Positions 52,461 to 64,000 of a stretch of DNA of 64,000 nt are shown in pieces. The notes beneath the pieces are model-generated. The model ran no database searches, was not told the DNA's origin, and saw nothing but the letters and a program-made list of their open reading frames with translations. The position numbers and the translations under genes are program-made. The first letter of the stretch is position 1. Each line of letters opens with the position of its first letter. The DNA comes from Eledone cirrhosa (Eukaryota), in contig OZ024742.1 of assembly GCA_964016885.1 (NCBI GenBank), positions 210,428,001-210,492,000 of the forward strand. The letters run 5' to 3'.

Positions 52461-52701
52461 TTAAGTAGAAGTTCTATATTCATAGAAAGACTAGATATTT
52501 ATTAACATATGGACATGACTCAAAATACGTATGATTCTTAGTGGTGTCTTACCATCTCACATAGCTTTGAACTCATTTTAAGTTTCAGATTTAGCAACAC
52601 AAAGTTTTGATGATTAACCTGTTTATAATAACCATAGAATATATTTAGAATTTAATTTTGAAACTTAAGAATTAACTTTCAAATTTCTTGGAATTTTTCA
52701 G

Positions 52702-52780
52702 ATCAAGATCATTAATTGTATCATCAGTTGGAAAGTTTTCAGTTAAAGAGAATATTGCTAATATTTTTGGAGCAAAGCAA
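52702..52780 (+). CDS. PMS2: PMS2 coding exon 6 (SRSLIVSSVGKFSVKENIANIFGAKQ)
   Basis: KENIxxxFGxKQ motif; tttttcag| acceptor, |GTATGT donor; phase 2-0. Confidence 0.93.
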
Positions 52781-52944
52781 GTATGTATTCCAAAATTTAA
52801 CTTAGAGTTTAGAGAAGTAATAGTTTTTACATTAATGAGGTAGTAAAGATAAAAAGTTTTGATTTGCTTTTTGTAAAGTCTGATGTGAACCGAGGTTTCC
52901 TAATAATTATTGACAAAGTATATTATATTGTGTAGAAATTTACC

Positions 52945-53020
52945 ATTGCACTCTTAATTAGCTCAGATCTTTATCAATATATATATATTCATAAATATCT
53001 GAGCTAATTAAGAGTGCAAT
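52945..53020. repeat. 76-bp near-perfect palindrome centred on (TA)n
   Basis: ATTGCACTCTTAATTAGCTCAGAT...ATCTGAGCTAATTAAGAGTGCAAT; 2 mismatches over 38-nt arms. Confidence 0.92.
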
Positions 53021-53039
53021 ATATATATATATATATATA

Positions 53040-55827
53040 GTTAGTAATCGAATAATTAAGCTTAGATTAGTTGTAGGCAATCATCTTTGCCTATGCTCCC
53101 CAAGCAGGCCTAGGCAAAGAAGAGAAAGACTGCTTTTACGAGCAACTTTTACAAACAACCGCAATGACAGAGGACGGAGACATTGTTATCCTAGCAGGGG
53201 ACTTCAATGGTCATGTTGGACAGCTCCAGGATGGTTACACTGGGGTACATGGTGGGCACGGTTACAGCTCAAGAAATGAAGGAGTGAGACTTCTTGAATT
53301 TTGTGATGCAAGTACACTGACTATTTGCAACACTAACTTTAAGAAACCTACCAACCACCTAATAACCTACAAATCAGGTGAGCACATAAGCCAGATTGAC
53401 TTGTTACTAGTTAGGCAGCGGGACAGGCAGATGGTGTCTAATACCGAGGCATACCCTGGGGAAGAATGTACCCCACAGCATAGGTTAGTCGTTGGTGATA
53501 TCTCAGTAAGCAAGAGATGGAATGAGACATACAGGAAGGTGTGGAGAAGAAAGGTCTGGAAGCTAAAAGACCTTTCACTAAAATACAAATTTAGGAAAGC
53601 TCTTCAAGATATGTATGACGAAAAAGAAGACGATTTAGAGACCTATGACATAGATAATAACTGGAATTTCTTACGTGACAACTTACTGCAGGCTACTGAT
53701 GAAACTTGTGGCTGGAGCAGAGCTCCAACCAGACAGAGAGTGACCTGGTGGTGGAACGGCACAGTAGATAAGGCCATTAGAGACAAAAGACTAGCATGGC
53801 AGGCTTGGAAAAAGGGTGGGAGTAGGGAAGGATATACAGCCGCTAAGAGAGATGCTAGACGTCAGGTGTACTTAGCATGCAGGGAGGCTGAGAGTAGGAG
53901 GTTTGCCAATGTTCAATGGCGGGAAGATCAGAGGCATGCGGTGTTCCACATTGCAAGGCAGTGTGTCAATGCAAATCGGGATGTTGTTGGAGATAAATGT
54001 GTCCGGAATGATGCTGGTGTACTTAGTGTCACGAATGATCAGAAAAAGGAGGCCTGGAAATGTCATGAGAGACTGATGAATGGGAGAGAGAGAAATTACC
54101 CTCAGTAGATCCGACAGAGGGACCAGCTATTGAGATTGACGAATATAGGGTCCAAGAGGCGATTAAGGAAATGAAAAATGGTAAGGCTACTGGACCATCG
54201 GGGATAGTTGCTGAGATGCTGAAGGCATCAGGGAACGTAGGCACTAAACTGGTTGCACACATCATCAATCAGGCTATATTTGGTGGTGTCATACCCAAAG
54301 ATTGGTGCAGCAGTATTCTCATAAATTGCTACAAAGGTAAAGGGGATGCTTTGGAGAGGAGCAATTATAGGGGTATAAAACTGATGGATCAGGTTATGAA
54401 AGTGGCAGAAAGGATATTAGCACAACTAATTAGAGAAAGGGTCAAACTAGATGAGATGCAGTTTGGTTTTGTGCCTGGGAAGAGTACAACAGATGCCCTC
54501 TTCTTGGTGAGACAATTACAAGAGAGGTTTTTAGAGAAAAATAAGCCACTATACTTAGCCTTTGTTGACCTAGAGAAGGCCTTTGATAGGGTACCCCAAT
54601 CTGTCATCTGGTGGTCCCTAAGGAAACTAGGTGTTGAGGACTGGCTTGTGAGGACAGTACAAACTTTGTACAGTGGTACTGTCAGAAAAGTCAGGGTAGG
54701 AATGGAGTTTAGTGAGGAATACCAGATACAAGTAGGAGTACATCAAGGTTCGGTCCTCAGCTCGTTCTTGTTCATTATAGTCCTCCAAGCCATAACAGAG
54801 AAGTTTAAGACTGGCTGTCCCTGGGAACTTCTCTATGCTGACGATCTGGTTCTTATAGCAGAATCAGTAGAGGAGCTAGAGAATAAATTCTGGCTATGGA
54901 AATAGCAGTTGGAAGCAAGAGGACTGAGAGTGAACCTAGCTAAGACAAAAGTATTGATAAGTAGAAAAGAGGACAAAACTCTGATTCCGTCAGGGAAATG
55001 GCCATGTTCGATATGCAGAAAAGGAACTGGCATAAATTCTATAAAATGCACACAATGCAGATCCTGGGTACACAAGAGATGTAGCGGGATAGCAGGCAAA
55101 CTAACAGGTAGGGAGAAATATGTATGCAGTAGATGTACAGGGAAATTAGACAGTAGAAGTCGCATTGATAGACACATTTTTCAAATGCAGGCAGGTGCTA
55201 TAGAAGTGGTGGATAGCTTCCGGTACCTAGGAGATCAGATTAACATGGGAGGGGGGGGGGGGGGGTGTTCCGAGGCCATAGTATCTAGAAGTTGGAAGAA
55301 GTTTAGGGAGCTACTTCCTCTGTTGACGAAGAAGGGTTTCTCCCTGCGTACGAAAGGCTGGCTATATGATGCCTGTGTGAGGAGCTGATGCTGCATGGTA
55401 GTGAGACATGGGCAGCAACTGCAGAGGATATGCGATGGCTGGAGAGAAATGAGGCAAGCATGCTCCGTTGGATGTGCAGTGTCAATGTGCATGAACGACC
55501 CAACATGAATGTGTTGAGAGAAACTGTGTCTGAGAGGGATAGAATGTAGTCTACGAGAGAGGAGACTGAGGTGGTATGGGCATGTGATGCGCATGGAGGA
55601 TGACCAATGGGTGAAGAAGTGCCAGGAAATGCCAGTTGAAGGAAGACGTGGTAGAGGTAGACCACGAAAAACATGGGCGGAGGTGGTGAGAACAGACCTC
55701 AGATCGCTGAAGCTCACGGTGGAGATGACGAAGGACCGTGACAAGTGGAGAGATGCTGTGCTGAATAAGACCCGCGTCACCCTTGCAAGCAGGAAAGAGC
55801 AGACGTAAAATGATGAGGATGATGATA
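53040..55827 (+). mobile_element. RTE LINE (APE endonuclease + RT), 5'-truncated, disrupted
   Basis: VSNRIIKLRL..AYAPQ, GDFNGHVG, SQID, FVDLEKAFD, LLYADD; several stops/frameshifts; (GAT)n tail; starts directly after (TA)n. Confidence 0.95.
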
Positions 55828-57146
55828 TCTTCATCATCATCATCATCGTTTAACGTCTATCTTCCATGCTAGCATGGGTTAGACGGGAATTGTCCCATTT
55901 GAGGCAAGACTGGTCGGGTGACCGTGTCTCACTTGTATAGGACTGTATCTGGCAGGTTTTCTATGGCTGGATGCCCTTCCTAACACTAACCACATTTACA
56001 GTCTGGACTGGGAGCCTTTTTACCATGTCTCCTACACGACTACTTTATAGCGTGGACTGGGTGCTTTTTGTCATGACACCTACACGACCACTTTTCAGTG
56101 TGGACTGGATGTTCTGTGGTACCAACATAACTTTACAGAGAAAGGGTGGTGTGGGTGGAAGTGGGAGTAGGAGTAGTGGGTTGGGGTGTATATTTGGTTA
56201 AGAGGGGCTTACTGACTGTAGGTTTAACTTTGTACGTAAGGGAAGGCGGGTCTTCTGTATTACTGCATAGCGCCAAAGGTCTCAATCCAGTGACATTGTC
56301 TTAGAGAGGTGTAAGTGTGCAAGGTCAGATTTTATCAAGTCGACCCAGGTTTTTCTGGGCCTACCTACTTCGTAGTTTCTATCAATTTTGATCACCCTAC
56401 ACTTTTTTATATAGCTGTCATCTTTCATGCGCATCACATGACCATACCAATGTAATCTTCTCTCAAGTAAACTGCATCTGATCCCTCTTATTCCTAATTT
56501 CTCCCTTAGTTTGTTTATGTTTTGCATGCATGCTTCGTTCCTTTCCAATCTGCGCAGGTCCTCTGCACACAATGCCCATGTCTCACTGCCATGTAACATA
56601 GCTGTTCGTATATAAGTATCATACAATCTGCCTTTCATTTTTAGAGAGAAACCTTTAGTGGCCAACAGCAGTATTAGCCCTCTGAACTTTTTCCATCCGT
56701 CCTAATTCTGGCTACTGTACTTTCAGAGCACCCTCCACCACTGCTGATTTTGTCACTCAGGTACCAGAAAGTGTCTACTATTTCTATAGAACCATCTGGG
56801 CAGTTGAGGGAGCTAGTATCCATGGGCACTTGCTACTTACCTGAGCATTGGCCACATATAAAATCTACATTCTTAGATAGCTTGCCTGTGATCCCACTAC
56901 ATCTTTTATGCACCCATAGTTTGCATTTGAGGCATAGAATGGAATTTCTACCTAGTCCTTTCTTACACACTGAGCATGGCCATTTCCCAGAGGGCACTTG
57001 TGCCCTATTTTCCTTTCTACATATTAGAACTTTAGTCTTAGACAAGTTAACTTTAAGGCCTTTTGATTCTAGTCCATGCTTCCATGTTTGGAATTTCTTC
57101 TCTAGTTCAGCCATCGATTCAGCTATGAGATTTAGATCATTTGCAT
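55828..57146 (-). mobile_element. RTE LINE, 5'-truncated, tail-to-tail with the previous copy
   Basis: RT C-terminus + 3'UTR + (GAT)n; 5' end at the YADD codons abuts (TA)n. Confidence 0.93.
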
Positions 57147-57239
57147 ATATATATATATATTCAATATTTTAGAAAACAGAAATACTTCATTGTAAATTAT
57201 TCCAGAAATCATTAGTTTGGAAAAAAACATTGTAAAGGC

Positions 57240-57620
57240 GATATGAAAGGCATCTAGCTGTAGAAACCTTGCCAAACAAAGGTTTGGGAGGAGCCTTCAG
57301 TTGTGTCAAAAAAATGGCAGCCGCCCTAGTGTTGGCTCAGTACATGCTGTAAAGTGGTTGGTGATAGGAAGGGCATTCAGCCATAGAAAGCTTACCAAAC
57401 AAAGGATTGGGAGGACTCTTTAGTTGTGTCAAAGACAGCAATCTCCCTAGTGTTGGTGATTTACAAAATAAACACACAAAAAATGACAGCCGCCCTAGTG
57501 TTGGCTCAGTGCATGCTGTAAAGTGATTGGTGATAGGAAGGGCATTCAGCCATAGAAAGCTTGCCAAACAAATGGTTGGGATGACTCATCAGTTGTGTCA
57601 AAAACATGACAACCTCTCCT
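57240..57620 (+). repeat. Tandemly reiterated RTE-3'UTR-derived units
   Basis: GCCGCCCTAGTGTTGGCTCAGT..GATAGGAAGGGCATTCAGCCATAGAAAGCTT repeated 2-3 times. Confidence 0.75.
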
Positions 57621-57865
57621 GTGCACTCAATAGAATGTATGACCATATGTGAGATGCAAACCCCCCCCCCCGGCCTGTCTGAGAAGTCAGTAGCCTTGCT
57701 TCAGTACTGACTTGGTTTATGTAAACCCGTCCAACCCTTGCTAGGAGGGAAAACAGACGTTAAATGATGATGTTAATAGTAGTCTGGAAATATCTCTGTT
57801 ATATATTAAACAGCAAGACACTTGTTCTTTATCACAACTGAATGAAATGTCATTTTATGTTACAG

Positions 57866-57966
57866 CTTCAAACAATCTCAGAAATTATTCATACTAAACC
57901 CTCAGAAGATATGTGTGCAGATTTTGGATTAAAACTGAATGGAAATCAGAACTGTGATCTTTTCAG
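57866..57966 (+). CDS. PMS2: PMS2 coding exon 7 (LQTISEIIHTKPSEDMCADFGL...)
   Basis: Resembles vertebrate [22 protein letters not shown]; canonical splice sites; phase 0-2. Confidence 0.88.
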
Positions 57967-58023
57967 GTATTTTAAATGAATTATATTACTATTTTGATAG
58001 CAAATTATGAGATTTATATTAAA

Positions 58024-59024
58024 CTAGCAGCAGTACCCAGCGTTGCCTGGGTAGGTAAAATAATATCTGCTTTGATGAAAAGGTGTTGATCTTAGCGACT
58101 GCTTCTCGATGACTCATCTATGGCCACACACAGGCCATGTGGGGGGAGGGTGGTGATGACCTCTATCACTGAGAAACGCGGGTGACTGACGAAGGGGCAT
58201 GCTGGTGGAGGGAGGTAATGACCTTTAACACTAAGCCAAATTTCCTCACGCTACTTGATTGGAAACCGATGAATTCTCAAATACACAACTAATAGCTCAG
58301 ATGACGTCAGTGGCCATCGTTTTGCCTTTGACCATCTATAAGATGTGCAATGATAGGTTCTATCGTAGTATAAAAGTTGAACCAAATAAATTGATTTATG
58401 TGTGAGGTGGAGCCAAAGTTTCGAATTTGAACGAAATCGGTTGAAAAATGTGAGAGCTAGAGCTGAAAAGGCGGAAATTTGAGCGAAAAGGTGGTATTTT
58501 TGAATATTTAAGCGGCTGCCACACCATTCCTGAACAAAAAATCCAAAATGTGAAGCCACTTTAAGACGTGAAATAATCAGTGTAATAATAGTGTAAAATT
58601 TGAACAAAGTAGGTTGATTAATGTGGGAGCTAGAGCCGAAAAAGTGAAAATTTGAATCTAAAAGTGGTATTTTTGAATATTTAAGTGGCTGCCACGCCGT
58701 CCCTGAACAACAAATGTAAAGCCATTACAGGATGTGCAATGATAAATTCTATTTTGCTTTAAAATTTGAACGAAATTGGTGGCAAAATGTGGGAGCTAGA
58801 GCCAAAAATTTTATTTTTCAATACCTAAAAAAAGGTGACCCCCCTATCGATTTTTATCTGCAGAATGACCCCGGAATAAAAAAACGATACGCTGATATAT
58901 AGAAAACACTCCCCGATGACTAATCTATAAGCCTGTAAAGTTTCATGAAAATCAGTCGTAAGATGTAGGCCCCAATAGGTAATACAGACACACACACATA
59001 CTTAATTTTATATATATATACAGA
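58024..59024 (-). mobile_element. Non-autonomous Helitron with internal ~180-bp repeats
   Basis: Minus strand: A|TCTGTATATATATATATAAAA ... ACCCAGGCAACGCTGGGT-7 nt-CTAG|T. Confidence 0.85.
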
Positions 59025-60649
59025 TTATGAGAATTATATTAGTTTTCATAGCAATTATGAGATTTGTACCAGACACTTAGATACATTCTTTTATGTACTT
59101 AGTTCAAATCTCATACAGGTCATTCCCCCTGCCTCATTTCCTGGGTTTTAATAACATTTACCAGCCAAGTTAGAAATCATTATTGTCATGAATGCTTGAA
59201 AAAAAAATTATTTTTCTCTATATGTGGTATATGGGAAATAAAGCTATATTTCAAAATTTAAGTATTTGAAGGGCAGTTTTTTGTAAGGACTCTGTAAACT
59301 GTAGTGAAGGCAACCCGTCTAAGCGAGTAGACACTCTGAATAAATACTGATATAGGGTGGAGATGACTTTTGAGTTTAGTAAGGCAACCTTGCTAGTGCT
59401 GGTGGCACAAATAATGTATCTAGTCCTTGCTGTAAAGTGGTTGCTGATAGGAAGGGTATCCAGCCAGAAAAAAACCCTGCCAAAATTATGGCAAGTACAA
59501 TACATAAGATTCATACTAATTGCGTAATACTAGTCATGTTAGTGCTGTGCACAATAGTGGGTAGCTAGAGAAGCCATGTGTGAAAACGCCTCAACCATCA
59601 TCAAGCAATTGCACAACCTTTTTCGCTTCCATGTACAAAAAGCTACTATTCAAGGAACTAACTGCTATAAAGTTAGACATCTCAGGGCTGCAACTCTCAA
59701 TGCTCGCACCCTGAAAGGTAAAAAAAAAACATTTATACACCTTTTCCATCTTTTTATTTTCCTTTCCTTTTTCATGCCACATCACGTCTGATAATCAGCA
59801 AATATACGATGAACATTTATGACATATATGTGTAAATCTATGTATATCATTCATCAACATATTTTTTTCATACACAGACCCTTATTAGCAAAGCATTATA
59901 AATGCTTTCCCAAGGACCACCGCATAGAGTTGAGGTTAGATCTGTCTCCTCCGTCTTTTATAACTTGTGTGACTGGGCATTTCTGTTTCTCATGCTTTGT
60001 TTAGGTAATTTAATGATATGGTTTAAGTATCTTGATATTTTTTCCCCTTGAGATAAGCTTGTATTTAGTTGTAGCTTATTAATTAAAGCTATCGTCATAG
60101 ATAAGCTATTTTCTTTTTATTTCATTTCTTTGAAATCACTGTTATATGCTTGTCATAATGATTTTCTTTTGTTTTGAGTACTGATTAATTTTTTTTTCCT
60201 GTCAACTTTTGGTAGAATGAAATGATTATATATATATTATATATATGCTTATATATATATATATTGGTGATTTACGTGATAAACACACTCAGTACACTCT
60301 AAAGTGGTTCATGATAGGAAGGACATTCAGCTGTAGAAAACCTTCCAAACAAAGGGTCGAGAGGATTCTTGAGCTGTGTCAAAGACATAACAACCTCCCT
60401 AGTGCTGGTTCCACAATAAAATGCACTTGGTAGAGAATGTTAACATCTTGGGAGCACAATGTGGGCCCCTGGTCTGACTAAGTATACAGTAGCGTATGAA
60501 AACGTAAGTGAAATAGAATTCCCTGGCCCATCTGAGAGGTCAGTGGCTCCATTTGAGTGATGACATAGTCTGATAGCCCATCCAACCCTTGCTAGCAGGG
60601 AAGGGACATTAAATGATGATTATGATATAAATATATATATAGTGATGAT

Positions 60650-61190
60650 ATTGAAGAATTTAACATGCAGGTAGGAGTCCATCAGGGATCCATCTTAGCC
60701 CTCTTTTGTTTATCATCTTCCTTCAGGCTATAACAGAAGAGTTCAAGACTGGCTGCCTATGGGAACTTCTGTATGCAGATGATCTAACCCTTGTAGCTGA
60801 ATCCCTGGAAGCAAGGCCTAGAATCAAAAGGTCTTAAAGTTAACTTCTCAAAGACTAAAGTCCTTGTATGTAGAAAGGAAAACAGGGCCCAGATTCCCTC
60901 AGGTAAATGGCCTTGCTCAGTGTGCAGGAAAGGAATAGGTGGAAATTCTATCCTACATCCTAAATGTAAGCTATGGGTACTCAAGAGATGTAGTGGGATC
61001 TTAGTCAGGCTATCAAAAAAGTAGTTTTTATATGTGGTTGGCATCAGGAAGGGCATCCAGCTGTAGAAACCATGCCAGAAACAGTTCTATATGAGCAAGA
61101 CATGCTCACCTGACCTGACTTGTCTGAAATGGGACAACCTGTCTAACCCATGCTAGCAGGAAAAATGAATATTAAACAGTGATGATGCTA
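60650..61190 (+). mobile_element. RTE fragment (internally deleted RT piece + 3'UTR)
   Basis: GVHQGS..GCLWELLYADD..GKWPCSVC followed by RTE 3'UTR. Confidence 0.8.
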
Positions 61191-62499
61191 TAAACATATA
61201 TAATTGATTAAATTAACTACAGCATCTTGGTGTCTAATGTTTCACTCACTCTGGGGGTTTTGCACAGAGGTGATACTACAGCAAGTAAGGGTTATTTGAG
61301 ACATAGTTATTGCTCATTGAAAACTATTGTTATCAATTGTAGGCAAAATGGATCCTGGTGCATACACTCCTATGCAGATTACACCACCTTTTACTCCTCT
61401 TTAACCATTTGCAGACTGGTACTATTTCCCAAAACAGACAACTTCAACATATCTTCATATGGAGATATGACATCCTAGTCTCATTCAATATCCCCCAAAC
61501 ATAGACACTTTGCACACAAAGTAAGCAATTTTGCAATACTTCACCTCTTGTGAATGGAAAGACCATAGAGGAAGTAGACAGTTATGTGTACCTTGGAAAG
61601 AAGGTTGCAAGAGAATGTATCCTACTTTGAGAGGTCGAAAGAAGGATTGTACTTAGCTGGGCAGCTTTTGGAAAAGTTTATAACATTAGAAATCCCAAGT
61701 CAACAATCGAAACCAAAAGAAAGCTGTTTAATGAATATGTTCTGCTGGTGATGACATATGGAAGTGAGACGTGGGTACTCATCACCATAACTGCAGAGAC
61801 TCTTGCAATGGCCCAACGTAAAATGGAGCGAATCATGCTCGGCATCATCTTACATGACAGGAAGAGCAACACCTGAATTCGACAACAGACTGGCGTGAAG
61901 GACATAATCGACACTCAAGAAGGGCAAAAATAGATGGGCAGGCCTTGTCTCTTGTTTCAGAGACAACAGGTGGACTATTAGTGACTGAGTTGACACCAAG
62001 GCAGCAAAGTTAGTCTTGTTTCTTAAGCCAGAAAATATTTCAAACCTGATCGGCTGTGAACTAACTGAAAACTACAGATATCTTTCACAAATATCTTATA
62101 CCATACTACAAGTACTCCTGCTACTCAGTGTCACCTCCGCCCAGACTTACCTGATGTACCTGCTGCTGCTCTTTCAGTTATCATCCCTAATGGCTCTCAC
62201 TCTGCCCCAAACATTACATTTAAACACTTATCTAATCTATTCTGAATTGGGCCACAAGGGACTGAACCAAACTCACAAGTTTGGCTGGGCATACGAAGGT
62301 CATAGACATTGCTCTTCTCCATGTTAAATAATAAGCAATAAACATATATACAAAACATTTCAAACTTTTAAATCAAAAGCTAAATACCATATCATCATTT
62401 TACATCCATATTATATCATAACACTAATAATATTTATATTAATATAATGATTTCTTTTTGATTGTTAAAGACTTAAAATTGATAATATTAATTTTGTAG

Positions 62500-62599
62500 C
62501 ATTGAAGGTTACATATCAAACTGTGAACATGGCTGTGGAAGAAGCAGCACTGATCGGCAGTTTTATTTTGTCAATAAACGTCCCTGTGATTCTGTGAAG
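62500..62599 (+). CDS. PMS2: PMS2 coding exon 8 ([30 protein letters not shown]); gene continues beyond window end
   Basis: GRSSTDRQF and NxRPCD motifs of the PMS2 transducer domain; 100 nt, canonical splice sites. Confidence 0.96.
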
Positions 62600-63688
62600 G
62601 TAAGTTTTAATAATTAGAATAAGCAATGGAATTAGTTTATAATCATCATCTTCATCATCATCATTTTCATTTAATGCCTATTTTCCATGTTTGCATGGGT
62701 TAGACAGCTGTGATGTACTGAGGCCTGACTGATCAGGTGACTAGCTCCTGCTCATACACTTTGTTTTGACTTAGTTTCAATAGCTGGATGCCGTTCCTAA
62801 TACCAACCACTTTACAAGGAAAATAATATAAAATATTTATAGTCCACCCTGTCAGGTGGTAGTGGGGGTGCCACAAGAAAACGAATGTGGTACACATCAT
62901 GAAGTGGTTGGTATTAAGAAAGTAAGAAAGGCATCCAGTTGTATAAATCATACCTAAATAGAATATATGAGCAAGACAGTAATCTGACCTGCCTTATTGC
63001 CTCAGAAAGTGACAACCCATCTAACCCATTGTAAGTGGTAAATAGATGTAAAACGGGGTTGTGTGGTGTGTACTAAACGAATGTTTTCTACCATATAGAA
63101 GCATATATACAAGGAGCATAGATAATGACTGTGTGGTTAAGAAGTTCACTTCATAACCACGTGTTTTTCAGGTTTTATTCTGCAGTGTGGTAATATAGCC
63201 TCAGGCTGACCAATTCTTTGTTAACGAATTTGGTAGATGGAAACTGTACAGATACTTATGTGAACATATGTGTGCATATATATATGTGTCTGATTGTGTC
63301 CCTGAAGTGATGTTTGTTTATGTCCTGTATAATCAATATTCCCATGGATCAGCAGTTTGATATAAAAAGATTAGAACTTAAAAAAACAAGGGTTGGTATC
63401 AGGAAAAGCATCCTGTCATTTGAGTACTGCCTATAAAAAAATGGTCTTGTCCAATCCATGTTAACATCAAATAGCAATTTAAAATGTTGAAGATGACTAG
63501 TCAATTTTTTCTCACTTTAATCCTTTTTTGGCATGTACTGAAGCGTGGAAAAACACGTAAAAATGATGATGATAATCTTTCAGATCAATACTGTAGAAAT
63601 GGAATTCTAAAATCCTGATTATTTGAAAATCACAGGTAGTGTCTTTCATTAGAAATACGGTAATGAAAGGGTTGATGATATAATAATT

Positions 63689-63876
63689 GTTTATACTTTT
63701 GGCACAAGGCCAGCAATTATCCCAGTGTATTACTGGTACTTTATTTTATCGACCCCGTAAGGATGAAAGGTAAATTTAACCTCGGCAGGATTTGAACTCA
63801 GACCACAAAGGGCCGTAACTCGTTGCTGCAAGGCATGGCGTCCAACCCTCTCCTCTACCTATACTGCCAATCCACC
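63689..63876 (-). mobile_element. tRNA-derived SINE, family A
   Basis: Closely similar to 7901-8080. Confidence 0.85.
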
Positions 63877-64000
63877 ACCCTTATAATGATGATATAATAA
63901 TGAAAATTATTGTGTATAGTGCTCAGATGCACTACAACTCATCAAAGGTGCGTGTGTAGAACATAGAATAATGTACAAATGTCAGGAAAGTGTATGTGTC

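Overview
AT-rich, repeat-dense animal genomic DNA, most likely a coleoid cephalopod such as octopus (inferred from the repeat landscape, not verified). The window holds the 5' parts of two divergently transcribed multi-exon genes. On the minus strand is PRPF4B/PRP4 kinase: ATG 28831, 10 coding exons reconstructed in frame, one GC-AG intron, continuing off the left edge. On the plus strand is PMS2: ATG 35897, 8 coding exons in frame, continuing off the right edge. Introns and the ~7 kb intergenic gap carry RTE-clade LINE copies (often bordered by (TA)n), tRNA-derived SINEs, non-autonomous Helitrons, piggyBac-like and hAT MITEs, and CR1/CRE-like remnants. Most unusual: (1) a ~2.5 kb fold-back with ~1.25 kb arms and a 13-nt loop filling most of a PRPF4B kinase-domain intron; (2) two minimal type I hammerhead-ribozyme-like motifs in (TA)n-flanked inserts, one with a Penelope-like inverted tail; (3) an RTE copy with twin-priming-type 5' inversion; (4) a Helitron that splits a SINE, contains a CTAG|TC head-to-tail junction and hosts nested RTEs. 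All calls were made by eye, without database searches.
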